Source: Chiloscyllium plagiosum
Taxonomy: Eukaryota
Assembly (NCBI RefSeq): GCF_004010195.1
Contig: NC_057717.1
Coordinates: 107,609,819 to 107,641,581, forward strand
DNA: 31,763 bases
Direction of reading: 5' to 3'
The translations under genes and the position numbers were made by a program. Positions 1 through 11,419 of the stretch are shown in pieces. Below the pieces are notes generated by a model, which searched no databases, was not told where the DNA came from, and saw nothing but the letters and a program-made list of their open reading frames with translations. The stretch's first letter is position 1; every line of letters starts with the position of its first letter.

Positions 1-1099
1 CATCAATTTTGCCACTTGTTTATTATAACCAAAATTATTCTTTAACAAGTTTTATTGTTTGTTGCTGAAAACTGATGTGAATTTCTTAAATTGGAGATGG
101 TAGTCAAAGTCAGGCAGTGTCCATGGAGATTAAATTGGTCATTTATACTTTTGTGACAAACTGGATTAGTAATGTATGAAATTGTATTCCCTATAAATCC
201 AAAGGTGGAGTATTGTGACTTGATTTCAGATTACTGTTCCTATCAGCAACATGGCACAACATAACAGGGCTGAGGCTGTTCGCTCACTGAACAATCAGGC
301 AGTGTAGCAGTCCTCACTATCTGCCAGCGTAGACATTTCTCATTTGCTTGGATGTGACTTGACTAATCAAAATGTTGCAAATTAATGTTTTTGATACAAA
401 TGAGAGAGTACAATATCAGCCTGTGCAAATGCTATGTGGACTCCTCTAGGCAGTAATGTGGGCCTTATGAAACAAAGTGTGAGAGTTTCCATTTCCAGAA
501 TGTGGCCATTAACTACAAAACCAGAATGTCTTGTCCTTGAAGGGTGTGTAGTGATCCATTGCCTTGAAATGTGGCAGCGTGTGGTCAAAGTGTTCCCACG
601 TTGCTGTTTAAGAGTGCTGAAGAAGAACAGCTTGCACCTCAGTGGCTTTCACGCATCTGCTGTTGTTTTGGAGGGGCTGAACTTCCTTCTCATTGCCTGT
701 ACTGGCTGCCTTGACATTTCAGGAAGTGTATTTCCGCTATGCACTCGAAACAAACTGCATCGATGCATAGAATTCTGTTACAGGAGGAAATCATTGTGGT
801 TACAGGCACCAATTGTTCTTAAATAAAAACAGAACGTCTGAGTCCATTGAGGCATACTCAATGAAAACAGACCCTTTTGTCCAATTCGTCCGTGCTGACC
901 AGATATTCTGGTGAAATTCAGCAGTTCTGGCAACATCTGTGGAGAGAGAAACCAAATTAATGTTCCAATTCACCTGACTGCTTTCTAAACCCATTCTAAT
1001 CCTACTTCTCTGCTTGTTCCATTGAATATGGTTTTTTCCAAGCATATTTGTTAAACAACATTTTAACTGTATGGTACAAATGCTTCCTGCCATTTTTCA

Positions 1100-1272
1100 G
1101 GATATTGCACAATTGTTTCAGTATCTGGGGAGTCACAAATAGTGCTGAATATTGAACAATTATCAGCGAACATCCCCACTTCTGACCTTATGATGGAGGG
1201 AAGGTCATTGAACCATAAAGATGGTTGGATCTAGGACATTTAACTCCTGCAGTGATATCTTGGAGCTTGATA
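1100..1272 (-). mobile_element. LINE (CR1/L2 group, here 'family B') RT fragment
   Basis: The minus strand reads NDLPSIIRSEVGMFADNCSIFSTI (FADD region); same family as 30400-30560. Confidence 0.8.
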
Positions 1273-1483
1273 ATTGAGAATATAGCTCAGGGTGTTGGGT
1301 TAGTTTGGTAGATAAAGAATTTGCCTGGGCCCAGAGACTTTTGGCCTGTTTATTATGCTGATCTTTGCTTTTCATGGGTTGAGATGGTTATATTTTCCTT
1401 TTAAGTAACAAAAGTAAAATGAATGCATTGACTATTTTCTGTGGTACTGCTGACTCTTGCCATTAATGATGGTCTATTTTTAG

Positions 1484-1568
1484 CATGGATCCATGGAGAC
1501 CCTCGCAAAGTGATCTATCCGACTGACAGTCGTGGCGAGTTCTGTGGTCAGGTTGGAGGCAGGAATGA
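1484..1568 (+). CDS. slc44a2: Choline transporter-like protein 2, coding exon (first in window)
   Basis: Acceptor ttttag, donor gtaagt. Encodes (A)[27 protein letters not shown](E), close to human CTL2 [23 protein letters not shown] as recalled. Confidence 0.95.
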
Positions 1569-1759
1569 GTAAGTTCTGTTCTCTTCCTTGGATGCCAAAG
1601 TTAGAGACTTATCCAAAAGTGGGTTGGAATTTCAGAATAAAGCCTCAGACATGGTGGTTAAAATCTCGAAGACCACTGCCATAAAAAAAAATTACAAGTC
1701 ACCATTAACACAGTAACTTGGCCTGGGAGTGAAATTACTATGATACACAAGGTTAAAGC

Positions 1760-1890
1760 TTCATCTGGAGGCTCACTGATGATGTTACCTAGTCTGGTGA
1801 TGAAATGTCTGAAAACTAACCTTCCAGCTCAACGAGCAAACCTCCATCTAGAACCTCAACCTGAGCTACAAATCTTCTCAAAATTTGCTT
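1760..1890 (+). mobile_element. Penelope-like element terminal fragment with hammerhead-like motif
   Basis: CTGATGA (1776-1782), hairpin GTTACC-tagtct-GGTGAT, then GAAATGTC (1802-1809). Confidence 0.65.
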
Positions 1891-2039
1891 AGTTTAAAGG
1901 AGTCTGACAGTAAACCTATGAAAGCAAAGAGGTCTCACTGTCTGCCATGCTACCCAGTAAAACTCTCGGTAATCTTTTAATGTTGAAGGGCTTCAGAGGA
2001 AGTGAGAGAAACACAAGATCAAACAGGTATCCTCCTCTT

Positions 2040-2130
2040 AGAGTCATAGTCATTGAGCTGTACAGCATGGAAACAACTCGTCCGTGCTGACCAGCGATCC
2101 TAAAAGAATCTAGCCCAGTATGCCAGCACT
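2040..2130 (-). mobile_element. CR1 LINE 3' tail fragment
   Basis: gagtcatagtcat tail and tcgtccgtgctgaccag, which is shared with 840-905 and resembles the reverse complement of 18240-18325. Confidence 0.6.
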
Positions 2131-2492
2131 CTTGATCGTTTTGTGACGATTTCTGTTTCGTTTGTCAGGACATGGTCAAGTATTTGCTGACAGTCACTTG
2201 CTAAACTGACAGATTGTGACCAGGCACTTGAGTCAGGGGCAAATGAAACAGATAACCCAACTTGGTGAGGAGAGGGAAATGTCGCAAATTGCACTGTAGC
2301 AGCTGCTTTTGAGAGTAAACAAGAAACATCAAGATGAGTTGTGTTCCTGCTGGCCTACTATAATGTGTTCATTTCCTGTGTGTTGGTTTCAGACTTGGAC
2401 TAACAGTAAGTGGCTGGCTGGAGAAAGAGAAGTGGTTTGAAATCTTGGGTTTTGAAACAGTTAGTGGCATTTCTGTCTCTGTTGTTTTCCAG

Positions 2493-2577
2493 GCATAAAC
2501 CATTTCTATTTTATTTCAACCTGCTCAAGTGTGCCAGCCCTTTGGTATTGCTGGAGTTTCAGTGTCCTACCACACAG
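2493..2577 (+). CDS. slc44a2: CTL2 coding exon
   Basis: ttccag / gtaaga. [28 protein letters not shown]; the [15 protein letters not shown] motif is CTL2-like. Phase matches the previous exon (GA|G = Glu). Confidence 0.96.
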
Positions 2578-3404
2578 GTAAGAAATCTATCCCTTTCAAT
2601 GGTAATGGACATATCTTATTTGTTGCTGCCTCCCGGCTTTCTCCTGTTGAGAAGTTGAGCCTATGAGATAAATGTTGCTTTCTGAACATGCAACGGTTAC
2701 AGGAGTAGATCATCTAATGATATGGCGGTTTGTTTCTAGATTGACTTTAGGGGCCGATGCATTCAGACTGAGTTTGGTTACAGGAGGGAACTTGTGGGCT
2801 TTGTGGAGGGGGTGCATGTGACCCCACTGGGTTTAAGGGAGAGTGGGTGACTCTGCTTGTAATTTTGGGCAGTGTGGGGAGAGAGAAAAGAGATGAGTAT
2901 GTGGCCCTCCTTGACTTCCATTTAAAGGGATGGATGTCCTTGACCTGAGACCTATCACATGCCAAGAGCACCTTTCATGGTCAGCTGGCTCCACATCAGT
3001 GCAACAGTCAGTCCCAAAGTTGTAGTCAAGTTAGAGTTTTAAACATCTATGGTTCTTCTGATTTCTTGTATTACTGGACTGGGAAATGGGAGAAAAAAAA
3101 ACATGCGGTCAACAAATAGGCAAGAAGTGAACAAAAAGGTTTGAATCACTTTTTTCAGATGGATGTTGAGAATAGAAAGGAACTGCCTTTGATCACTTAC
3201 AAATGCTTTCCTGTTGATGACTTGGATTAGATTAGGGCTCCCAGCTCTGTGATGCTAAGTCCAGCACACATGAATAGGATGAAAGTGCCTGCCGGTTAAA
3301 ACAGCATGCCTGAAAGTGATATCAATTCAGTTGTTAGTTGGCATGGCAATAAAATGTCTTTGATTAATCACCAGCTTCCTTCACAGCCAGCTTTTTAAAC
3401 GTTC

Positions 3405-3712
3405 ATTAGATAAGGACATCGCTGGCTAGGCCAGCATTTCTCGCCCATTCCTAAGGGTCAACCACTTTGCTATAGGTCTGGTTTATGTGTAATCCAAGCC
3501 AGGTAAGGATGGCAGTTTCCTTTCCTAAGGGATGTTAGTCAACCAGATGCTGTTTTCCAACAAACAGCAATTGATTCATGGTCATCATTTAGACTGTTAA
3601 TTCCAAATGTTTATTGAATTCAGATTCCACCATCAGTGATGGCAGGGTTTGAACCAAGTTCCCAGATCATTATCTGGATCTCAGTCCATTTATAATACCA
3701 CTAGGGGTCACC
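3405..3712 (-). mobile_element. tRNA-derived SINE ('family B' tail)
   Basis: Reverse-complement similarity to 10222-10555 (ccaggtaaggatggcagtttcc vs ggaaactaccatccttacctgg). Confidence 0.75.
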
Positions 3713-4079
3713 TCTCCAAAGCTCACCCAGAGGCTACTGTGTGGCTGGCAAAGGAAGTAGACATTTGTCTGACTGGTGCAATATGTGAACCTAAGGCAAC
3801 ATGGGATGCAAGGCTGGTTCTATTATTTTCTTGCCGTTTCCCGGTAAGAAAAAAAACTTGCTTGTCCCTATATGCTTGCTTTTCCCCCATGATCTTGTAA
3901 ATATGTTCTCTTCAGGGACTTATCCCAGTCCCCTTTTAATTAGCATTTGGATCTTTCTCGCACCACACTTCTCAACCCTAAATATTCTCCTCATGAGGAT
4001 CTTCCAGTTATTGATTCTTTGTCAGTCACCATGAATATTTCCATCAATGGGAGTTGTTTCAAACTTTCTACCCTGCCCA

Positions 4080-4240
4080 GAGGGAGCTTTACTGTGTACC
4101 TAACCCTATGCTGTCCCTCTCCTGGCAGTGTCTGATGGGGGACAGTGTAGATGGAGCTTTTGTTCTGTTTTGTACCTGCTACAGGAATGTTTAATAGGAT
4201 AGAATAGAATGTGTTGCCCTCTACACCTAACCTGTCCAAT
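4080..4240. repeat. Degenerate tandem repeat, unit about 70 nt
   Basis: agagggagctttactgtgtacctaaccc recurs as agatggagctttt and, more weakly, ctctacacctaacc. Confidence 0.45.
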
Positions 4241-4376
4241 ATCTGTTTTGTAATTATTTAATGCTTACAGCAGATCCATTTACAAACACATTATTTTAAT
4301 GAACAAAAGAAACCCTTTGAAATAAATGAGTGTTCATTGTACTACTTGTTAATTCTGTTAACTTGTTTTTTTGTAG

Positions 4377-4505
4377 ATCTGTGTAAGTAAATGCCCAGAA
4401 AGGTTTGACAGCTTCATCACTGCACATGCGCAACTTAAAGTGAAACCAGAAAGATGGCAGAATTACTCCCAGTTCTGTAAACCAGGCTTTAATGATTCAA
4501 CCAAG
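4377..4505 (+). CDS. slc44a2: CTL2 coding exon (first extracellular loop)
   Basis: ttgtag / gtgagt. ICVSKCPERFDSFITAHAQLKVKPERWQNYSQFCKPGFNDSTK, 129 nt, phase 0-0. Confidence 0.94.
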
Positions 4506-4967
4506 GTGAGTTACAATCATATTCTTATTTTGTCTTTTACCAGCTTTCCTGGTCCCTCCTGAAGCTGCTGACTCTCGTCAGGTTACAGTTCCTCTACTCA
4601 ATCTTAACGATAGACAACAGAAAAATTCTCAAAGATAACAAAGTGAAGAGATGATTGGGAGGGATGGACTTGGAGGAATCATTATCACCAGGGAAAAGTG
4701 CTGGGGAAAGCATTTGATCTAAAGCCTAACAGGTTGCAAGATGCCAGTGCCAGAGATCATGCATTGTAGGGTTTGAAAAGAAGTGGCTACACAGATAATG
4801 GGTGCATTGGTTACAACCTCCAAAATTCCTTCAACTCTTGAAGGATCCCAGCAGATTGGAAAATAGCAAATATTACACATGCACTCAAGAAAGGAGGGAG
4901 ACAGGAAGCTTCAGGTTGGTTAGTCTAACATCAGTCTAGAGAAAGGTGCTAGAATTCATTATTTAAA

Positions 4968-5297
4968 GATAGAATCCCTACATTGTGGTAACAGGCCCTT
5001 TGGCCCAACAAGTCCACACCGACCCTCTGAAGAGTAACCCACCCAGACCCATTCCCCTACCCTATTACTCTACATTTACCCCTGACTAATGCATCTATAT
5101 ATTCCTGAACACTGTGGGCAATTTAGTATGGTCAATTCACTTAACCTGCACGTCTTTGGATTGTGGGAGGAAACCGGAGGAAATCCATGCAGACACGGGA
5201 GAATGTGCAAGCTCCATACAGAATGTTGCCCGAGGCTGGAATTGAACCCGGGTCCCTGGTGCTGTGAGGCAGCGGTGCTAACCACTGAACCACCATG
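4968..5297 (-). mobile_element. HE1-type V-SINE, near full length
   Basis: The minus strand has a tRNA-like head (ggtggttcagtggttagcac; B box ggttcaattcc), a central V-domain-like segment and a CR1-like tail. Matches 24115-24302. Confidence 0.88.
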
Positions 5298-5300
5298 AAA

Positions 5301-5747
5301 GAGACAATAGACAATAGGTGCAGGAGTAGGCCATTCTGCCCTTTTGAGCCTGCACCACCATTCAATAATATCATGGCTGATCATCCTTAATCAGTATCCT
5401 GTTCCTGCCTTATCTCCATAACCCTTGATTCCACTATCCTTGAGAGCTCTATCCAACTCTTTGTTAAATGAATCCAGAGACTGGGCCCCCACTGCTCTCA
5501 GTGGCAGAGCATTCCACAAAGCCACCACTCTCTGGGTGAAGAAGTTTCTCCTCATCTCTGCCCTAAATGGTCTACCCCGTATATTTAAGCTGTGTCCTCT
5601 GGTTCGGCACTCACCCATCAGCGGAAACATGTTTCTTGTCTCCAGAGTGTCCAATCCTTTAATAATCTTATGTGTCTCAATCAGATCCCCCCTCAACCTT
5701 CTAAACTCAAGGGTATACAAGCCCAGCCACTCCAGTCTTTCAGCGTA
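5301..5747 (-). mobile_element. 5'-truncated CR1 LINE (ORF2 C-terminus plus tail), relatively young
   Basis: Uninterrupted ORF 5391-5720: EFRRLRGDLIETHKIIKG...RTRGHSL...RRNFFTQRVVALWNALP; gacaata repeat tail at 5303-5316. Confidence 0.92.
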
Positions 5748-6454
5748 AGGTTTTATGATTCAAGATAGTTTTGTGAACGTGCAATTGTGTTTAATTAAAT
5801 CTATTAGAGACTTTTGGTGAAGTAACCTACACAGTGGATAGTGGGGAACTTGGTACATGGGGGGGTACTTGATTTTCCAAAAGTGGTTTGGTATGTTGCC
5901 TCATCAAAGGCTGTTTGACAATATAGAAGCATTGGGGGTACAGGGAAATGCATTAATGAGCATCGATAAAGGGTTAGGTAGCTAGCAGGATGCAAAGAGA
6001 AGGAATAACTTGGTCTTTTTAGGTTGGTAAACTGCAAGTAGTGCCACAAGGATCAGTGTTGGGTCCACTAGTATTTCCAATCTGTGTATCAATGATTTGA
6101 TACCAATCTGTCTCTCATAACTTTCCCAAGGGACTATTTCCTTGATTAGCAGGTATTGATATAGGAGGAGCGGAGCTCCAACTGTCCTCACTCACCATCT
6201 GCGTAAACTGAACACTATTCACATCTGGACCCCTGGTTAATTTGTGTGTTGAGCAGCTCATTTGGCATGAACTGGGTGTGTAACCTGAGACCATCTGATC
6301 TCCATGGATGAGTACCACACTGCATTATGCATGGCCTACTGAGCCAATGAACTAAATGATGGCCTCAGAAAGGCAACTGTGTGAGCTGTGCTGGATGCCA
6401 ACACAATGTTTGCCGTACTTCCAAGTTCTAGATTGTCCTGTGGATCAATGAGAA

Positions 6455-6685
6455 CGCAACCACCTGCATGTTCCCATTCAAGCCACTCACTATCTTGCCT
6501 TGGAAATAATTCACTGTTCCTTCATGATCACTGGGTTAAGATACTGGAGTTCTGCCCCTAACAGCATTGTGGGTCTGCCTGTAACATGTGAACCCCAGTG
6601 ATTCAAGAAGGCACCTTCTCAAAGGCAGTTACAGATGAGCAACAAATGCTGGCACAGCTAGTGATGTCCACATCCCATGAGTCAA
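6455..6685 (+). mobile_element. LINE family B 3' end
   Basis: Similar to 13340-13560 and 31050-31262; ends caaatgctggc...ccacatcccatgagt. Confidence 0.75.
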
Positions 6686-7300
6686 TTTTTTTTTAATGTG
6701 TTTTTCAAGACACCAAATGTGTTTTGAAACTTTTTATCAAATTGAGTTCATGTTGAAAAATTAACAATAATATATCATAAACTCATTTATTAGAGAGTTT
6801 GAGAAAAGCGCATCGTATTTGGCTGCTATCGTAGCAAACATGCAGGTTAAGCTTTAAATTCAGATTTATTTACCAATAGCATCATATGTTGAAGCAAAAA
6901 TGACTCTGCATGATACATTAATGTGAAAACTTGGACAACTGCTTCAGTGTAAAATGATTGCAATTGTTTCAAGTAATCTCTGCGTATCAGTCTCTCTTTA
7001 GTGATCATGGAAAATCATTGCCATGATTCCTGTTTTGGCTTCCATGTGAACACCGGACATGGTAGAATCACTAGTGCCTGGCTGCCATCACATGGACACT
7101 ATTATGTAAATGTCCTTGGATGTAAAAGCAAAATTGTTTTTTGTCCCACTTCAACTCCAGTCACCACAGTTGTGCATCAATGTTCAGGTCAAAGGGTCAT
7201 ATATGAGGTTCCTTTGTGTCCCTTTGAATTCAATTCTATGGAATTGTTGGGAAGCACGAGGCCAACTCTGAAATGCATTCCTCAGCCTTCAGAGTGATTA

Positions 7301-7478
7301 CAGGTAGTTCTCAGATAACGTGTGTTTCGTCAGCGCGAATTGATTATAACATGATTGATGAATTGTGAGTGTTGTTTGCATAAGGCTTTCCTACTGAGTG
7401 AGTTTTCCATAGCATGATCTTCTATAGTGTGAGGTTGCAGAGGAACACAGCTGTCACATTACAGGTCCTTCTGCTATA
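7301..7478. mobile_element. Tc1/mariner-pogo-like MITE with rearranged right end
   Basis: Starts TA-CAGGTAGTTCTCAGATAACG; the interior resembles the reverse complement of the 11756-11953 element. Confidence 0.6.
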
Positions 7479-7694
7479 GTTCTGATCTGATTAAGTTAGG
7501 TTTAAAGAGTGGTTGGGACTTTGACCAACAAACCTCTGAGGGAACTATCATAGTTACACAGAAGCACTTAAACTCCATTGTGAAAATACATCAAACTTAA
7601 CATATCTGTCCAATGAAACAAAAATACTATTTTCACCATAAATTAATATTGAACATTGCCATTGCCACCTATATGTTCACTTTTTGTCTTTCAG

Positions 7695-7755
7695 ACGCCT
7701 GTTGAAGTGTTTAAAGATGGGGATTGTCCGGCCTTTTTAACTCCCAGCAAGCCCT
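7695..7755 (+). CDS. slc44a2: CTL2 coding exon
   Basis: tttcag / gtaagt. TPVEVFKDGDCPAFLTPSKP, matching the DGDCPA...PSKP motif. Confidence 0.95.
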
Positions 7756-8267
7756 GTAAGTGTTTAAAGTTTCATTCAGCAGCTGGGGAACTTTTCCACG
7801 GTTTCATCCCTAGGTTCTGTTTGATCAAACCACAGCGGAGCTAGGGAGCAAAGACTGAAGCTTGGAAGGCGCAGGAGATACAGACAATGAGTTACAGACA
7901 TTGAAAATAGTGAGAGAGAATTTGTAAAACATCACCTACCTATTTCCTTAAGAGTAATGATTTAAAACAAAAGAAGAATTCGATTTTGTTTTTGGTGAAA
8001 GAAGTGGTTAAAAGCATAAGAGGTTCAGTGGGTTAAGAGTGCTGTTTATAAGGGACAATAAGTAAAGTGAGAGTGCTGGTTATAGGATCTAGCAGTAGGG
8101 TGGGAAGTCTGTTTCTAGGGGACAGTGGACAAATGGCAGTTTTTCAAATTGGTTGGACAGAGCAGTCTGGTGCTTTTTGGCTATGTTATTCTATCAATAT
8201 TCTCTCTACTTCTACCTTAAAAATATTCAGTGTCTTTGATTTCACCACTTTTTGAGGAATGGTAGGC

Positions 8268-8462
8268 AAGGTAAAATCACTGTAGTCTTCGCAGACCATC
8301 GGGCTGTGCTCTCATTAGAGAGAGATGACTGTTGGTGGTTTCACCTGAGGGCTACCACGCTTCTGGTGAGGAGAGAGGTTCAGAAGGAGATTCCTTTATG
8401 GTAACCTTAGCTGGTAACATTGGCATCGCTCTGCATCACAAACCAGCCATGTGAGCTAACCA
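8268..8462 (-). mobile_element. tRNA-like SINE ('family C')
   Basis: Reverse-complement similarity to 28118-28300 (ggttagc, ggttaccat, caggttaaatcaccac). Confidence 0.65.
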
Positions 8463-8474
8463 GCCCCCTTTTGA

Positions 8475-10065
8475 GGAAAAAATTCCTTTTCTCCATCTTA
8501 CTAGGAGACCTCTTACTTTTAAGTTGTGTCCCCTAGTTCTAAGCTCGCCTGTAGGAGGAGGCATTCTTTCAACATCAACGCAGTGTAGTCTCCTCCTCAT
8601 CCTGTGTGTCTCAGTAAGGTCACCACTTATTTTTCTAAGCTCCATTGGATTCAGCCCCATCCTGTCCAAATGTGACTAAAACGATACACAGTATTCTAAA
8701 TATGGCCTCACCAAAACCTTGAACTGTAGAAAAGCATCCCTACTTTTATATTCCTTTCCATTTGCAATAAATACATTCTATTTGCCTCCCTAATCACTTG
8801 TTGTACCTCCTGACGAACTTTGTGATTCATGTGCTAGCACACCAAGATCCCTCTGTACCTCTGAGTTCTGCAAATCTGTCTCTATTTCAATGTTGTGAAG
8901 TTTTTCTATTCTTCCTGCCAAATTGAACAAGTTTGCATATGCCTTCATGATGCTTCACATGTAATTTTTTTGCCAAATCACTGAACCTGTCTAAACTATA
9001 TAGCTTTGCAAGCTCCTCTTCATAACTAACTTTCCTATTATATATGCATTGTCAGCAAATATAATAATTAGAAATTCGGTCCCTTCCTCCAAGTCACTGA
9101 TAGATATTATGAATAATTGAAGCCTTATATCGAACCCTGTGGTACTCCATTTGACATCAAAATCTGACAAAGACCCATTCATGTCATCTGTTTCCTGTTA
9201 GCTAACCAGTCCTTTATCCATACAATATGCTCTCCCCTCCCCCACACAGTCACAAAATGAATTCTTCTTTGTATAGTAATATTTGAGGCACTTTGTCAGA
9301 TGCCTTAGGGAAGTTTAGTTATAGCACATCTGTAGGATCCTTTTATCCACATTGCTTGTTTTTTTTCCTCCGCAAACTCCAATAAGTTAGTTAAATATTG
9401 CTTCCCTCCATAAACGTGCATCTGTTCCATCCTTTGCACCCGGTGTGGTCACCTCTACACCAGGGAAACAGGACGCCGCCTTGCAGATTGCTTCAGAGAA
9501 CATCTCTGGGACACCCACACCCACCAACTTCACCGCCCCGTGGCTGAACACTTCAACTCCCCTCCCACTCAGTCAAGGACGTGCAGGCCCTGAGCCGTCT
9601 CTGACGCCTCGAGGAGGAATGCCTCATATTCCACTTTGGGACCCTGCAACCACGTAGGATAAATGTGGATTTCAACAGCTTCCTCATTTCCTCTCCCCGC
9701 CCCCCCCCCCCCCATATTATCCCTGTACCAAGCCTCCAACTTGGCACCACCCTCCAGACCCGTCCATCACTGCACCCCTCTAACCTATCACCTTCGTCCA
9801 CCTATCACTTTCCCAGCTACCTCCCCCTACCCTAGCCCCCTCCCATTTATCTCAGCCCCGACCCACAAGCCTCATTCCTGATGAAGGGCTTATGCCTGAA
9901 ACATTGATTCTCCTGCTCCTTGGATGCTGCCTGACCGATTGTGCTTTTCCAGCACCTTACACTCTACTCCCTTCCATAAAATCATATTGACTCTGCATTG
10001 AGATTTTCTAAGCAATCCTCCTCATTTAAAGATTCTAGCATTCCCCATGTGCTGGATGTTAAGCA
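8475..10065 (-). mobile_element. Decayed CR1 LINE ORF2, interrupted by a Penelope insertion
   Basis: Minus-strand remnants GDLTETHRM...RTRGHNLKVRG and IISISDLEEGTEFLIIIFADN; resumes after about 9970 with QSQYDFME (QHGF region). Confidence 0.85.
9415..9970 (+). mobile_element. Penelope-like element 3' part (GIY-YIG remnant plus terminal repeat)
   Basis: ICSILCTRCGHLYTRETGRRLADCFREHL...PVAEHFNS (GIY-YIG). Hammerhead-like CTGATGA 9878-9884 ... GAAAC 9898-9902. TCCATAAA is duplicated at 9407-9414 and 9973-9980. Confidence 0.88.
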
Positions 10066-10221
10066 AATTGTCTGACTTGTTCCATTGACAATTAGCAACA
10101 AAGCAAAATTGTGGGAGCACGTCAAAACGAAGTTAATTGTTACCATTGTATACCCAGAGAACAGTCATAACTGGATTGTTTTGGTGTGCAAGGGAGTTGA
10201 AAGTTATAGTCACTGACAGAT

Positions 10222-10555
10222 GGAGGAGGCAATGGCCTAGTGGTATCACTGTTAATCCAGTGATCCAGGTCATGTTCTGGGGAGCCAGCTTTGAACTCTG
10301 CCACTGCAGATGGTGCAGTTTGATTTCAATAAAAAGTAAATCTTGAAATAAAGCCATTAATCCACTGTCAATTGTCGAGAAAACGTCGTCTAATTCACTA
10401 ATGTTCTTCAGGGAAGGAAACTACCATCCTTACCTGGTCTGGTCTACATGTGACCCTAGACCCACAACAGTGTGATTTGACTGTATACTGCCATCTGGGC
10501 GATTAAGGATGGGAAATGAATGCTGGTCTCGCCAGCGACTCTCATCCCATAAACA
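10222..10555 (+). mobile_element. tRNA-derived SINE ('family B' tail)
   Basis: A-box-like tggcctagtgg head; 3' end aatgctggtctcgccagcgactctcatccca matches the tail of LINE family B. Confidence 0.78.
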
Positions 10556-10971
10556 AATTTTTTAAAAGAAAATGTGGAATTGGTCACAATCGAATCAGCC
10601 ATTATTTTCTCGAATGGTGGAGCAGATTCAAGGGGTAGAATGGCTACCGTCTGCTCCTGTTTTTGATTATTCAGTAATGCCTGAGGTTAATTCTGTACGT
10701 TCCCTTTGCCAGTTGAATTTGATTTTTGTTTCTAAAATTCATTGAATATGTTTTAATAACCTTTCTCCTTCTTGAACTGAGTGGACCAAGCTGAGTCCGA
10801 ACTGTTCCTCACCGCCAAAGGGTCCCTCATAGAGATGAGGAGCAAGGACCTGTGTGGAATTTACAATTCTGTGAATTAAACCAGAGGAACTGACCAGTGA
10901 AATATATTCTTGGTTGCTGCTATTGGGATTTTTCCAGACAGATTTATGATGCTCTCATATTTACTTTACAG

Positions 10972-11095
10972 TTACCCAAAGATGCCTCCCTGACCTAAAA
11001 GTCCAGCGGGGTGTGGTTAAAGTTGCCGACAAGACTGCTTTCAGTTCAGATGATGGTGGATCTGTAAACGCCACGCAGTTGCTGGAAGGAGTGAA
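10972..11095 (+). CDS. slc44a2: CTL2 coding exon
   Basis: ttacag / gtttgt. (F)TQRCLPDLKVQRGVVKVADKTAFSSDDGGSVNATQLLEGV(K). Phases fit both neighbours. Confidence 0.9.
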
Positions 11096-11419
11096 GTTTG
11101 TACACCTTATTAATTTTGTGATGTCGGGGTTTTATGCTCCACTGGGTAGTGTTAGTGCTAGAAGTGGGAGGTTTTCCATTGTCTGTGGTCTTCATCAGTG
11201 TCATTATTGAGCATTTCCAGGTATAGTACAGTTTGGATACAGAGGAAAACCCATTGTGTTCTCAGATCAGATAAGTGTCAGCTCAGCACACAGGTTACAT
11301 TCTTTCTCCCCAGTTAGAAATTTGTGCTTTCAAACCCTCTTCCGAAACTTGGATGCATAGTCAAAGCTGAGTATTCAATGTAAGACTGGAACATGACTTT
11401 ATTTTGTATTTAAGGGTAA

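Larger units (their letters stand above)
4640..6100 (+). mobile_element. Old CR1 ORF2 remnant split by younger insertions
   Basis: 4640-4965 shows IPADWKIANIT...KKGGRQ. 5750-6100 continues into the RT domain (VLDF-Q-K and VPQGSVLGP: gtgccacaaggatcagtgttgggtcca). Frameshifted. Confidence 0.75.

Noticed and set aside
434..826. 130-aa ORF as a possible upstream slc44a2 exon or separate gene
   Set aside because: No resemblance to the expected preceding CTL2 segment (RGCTD..CC) or to any family I recognise; probably a chance intronic ORF.
6110..6350. Possible additional minus-strand SINE (also perhaps 18850-19025)
   Set aside because: Only a vague tRNA-like end and no convincing second copy in the window; needs a Dfam search.
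11091..11096. Alternative donor GTGAAG at 11091
   Set aside because: Phase 0, incompatible with the phase-2 acceptor at 15241; the GTTTGT donor at 11096 keeps the frame.
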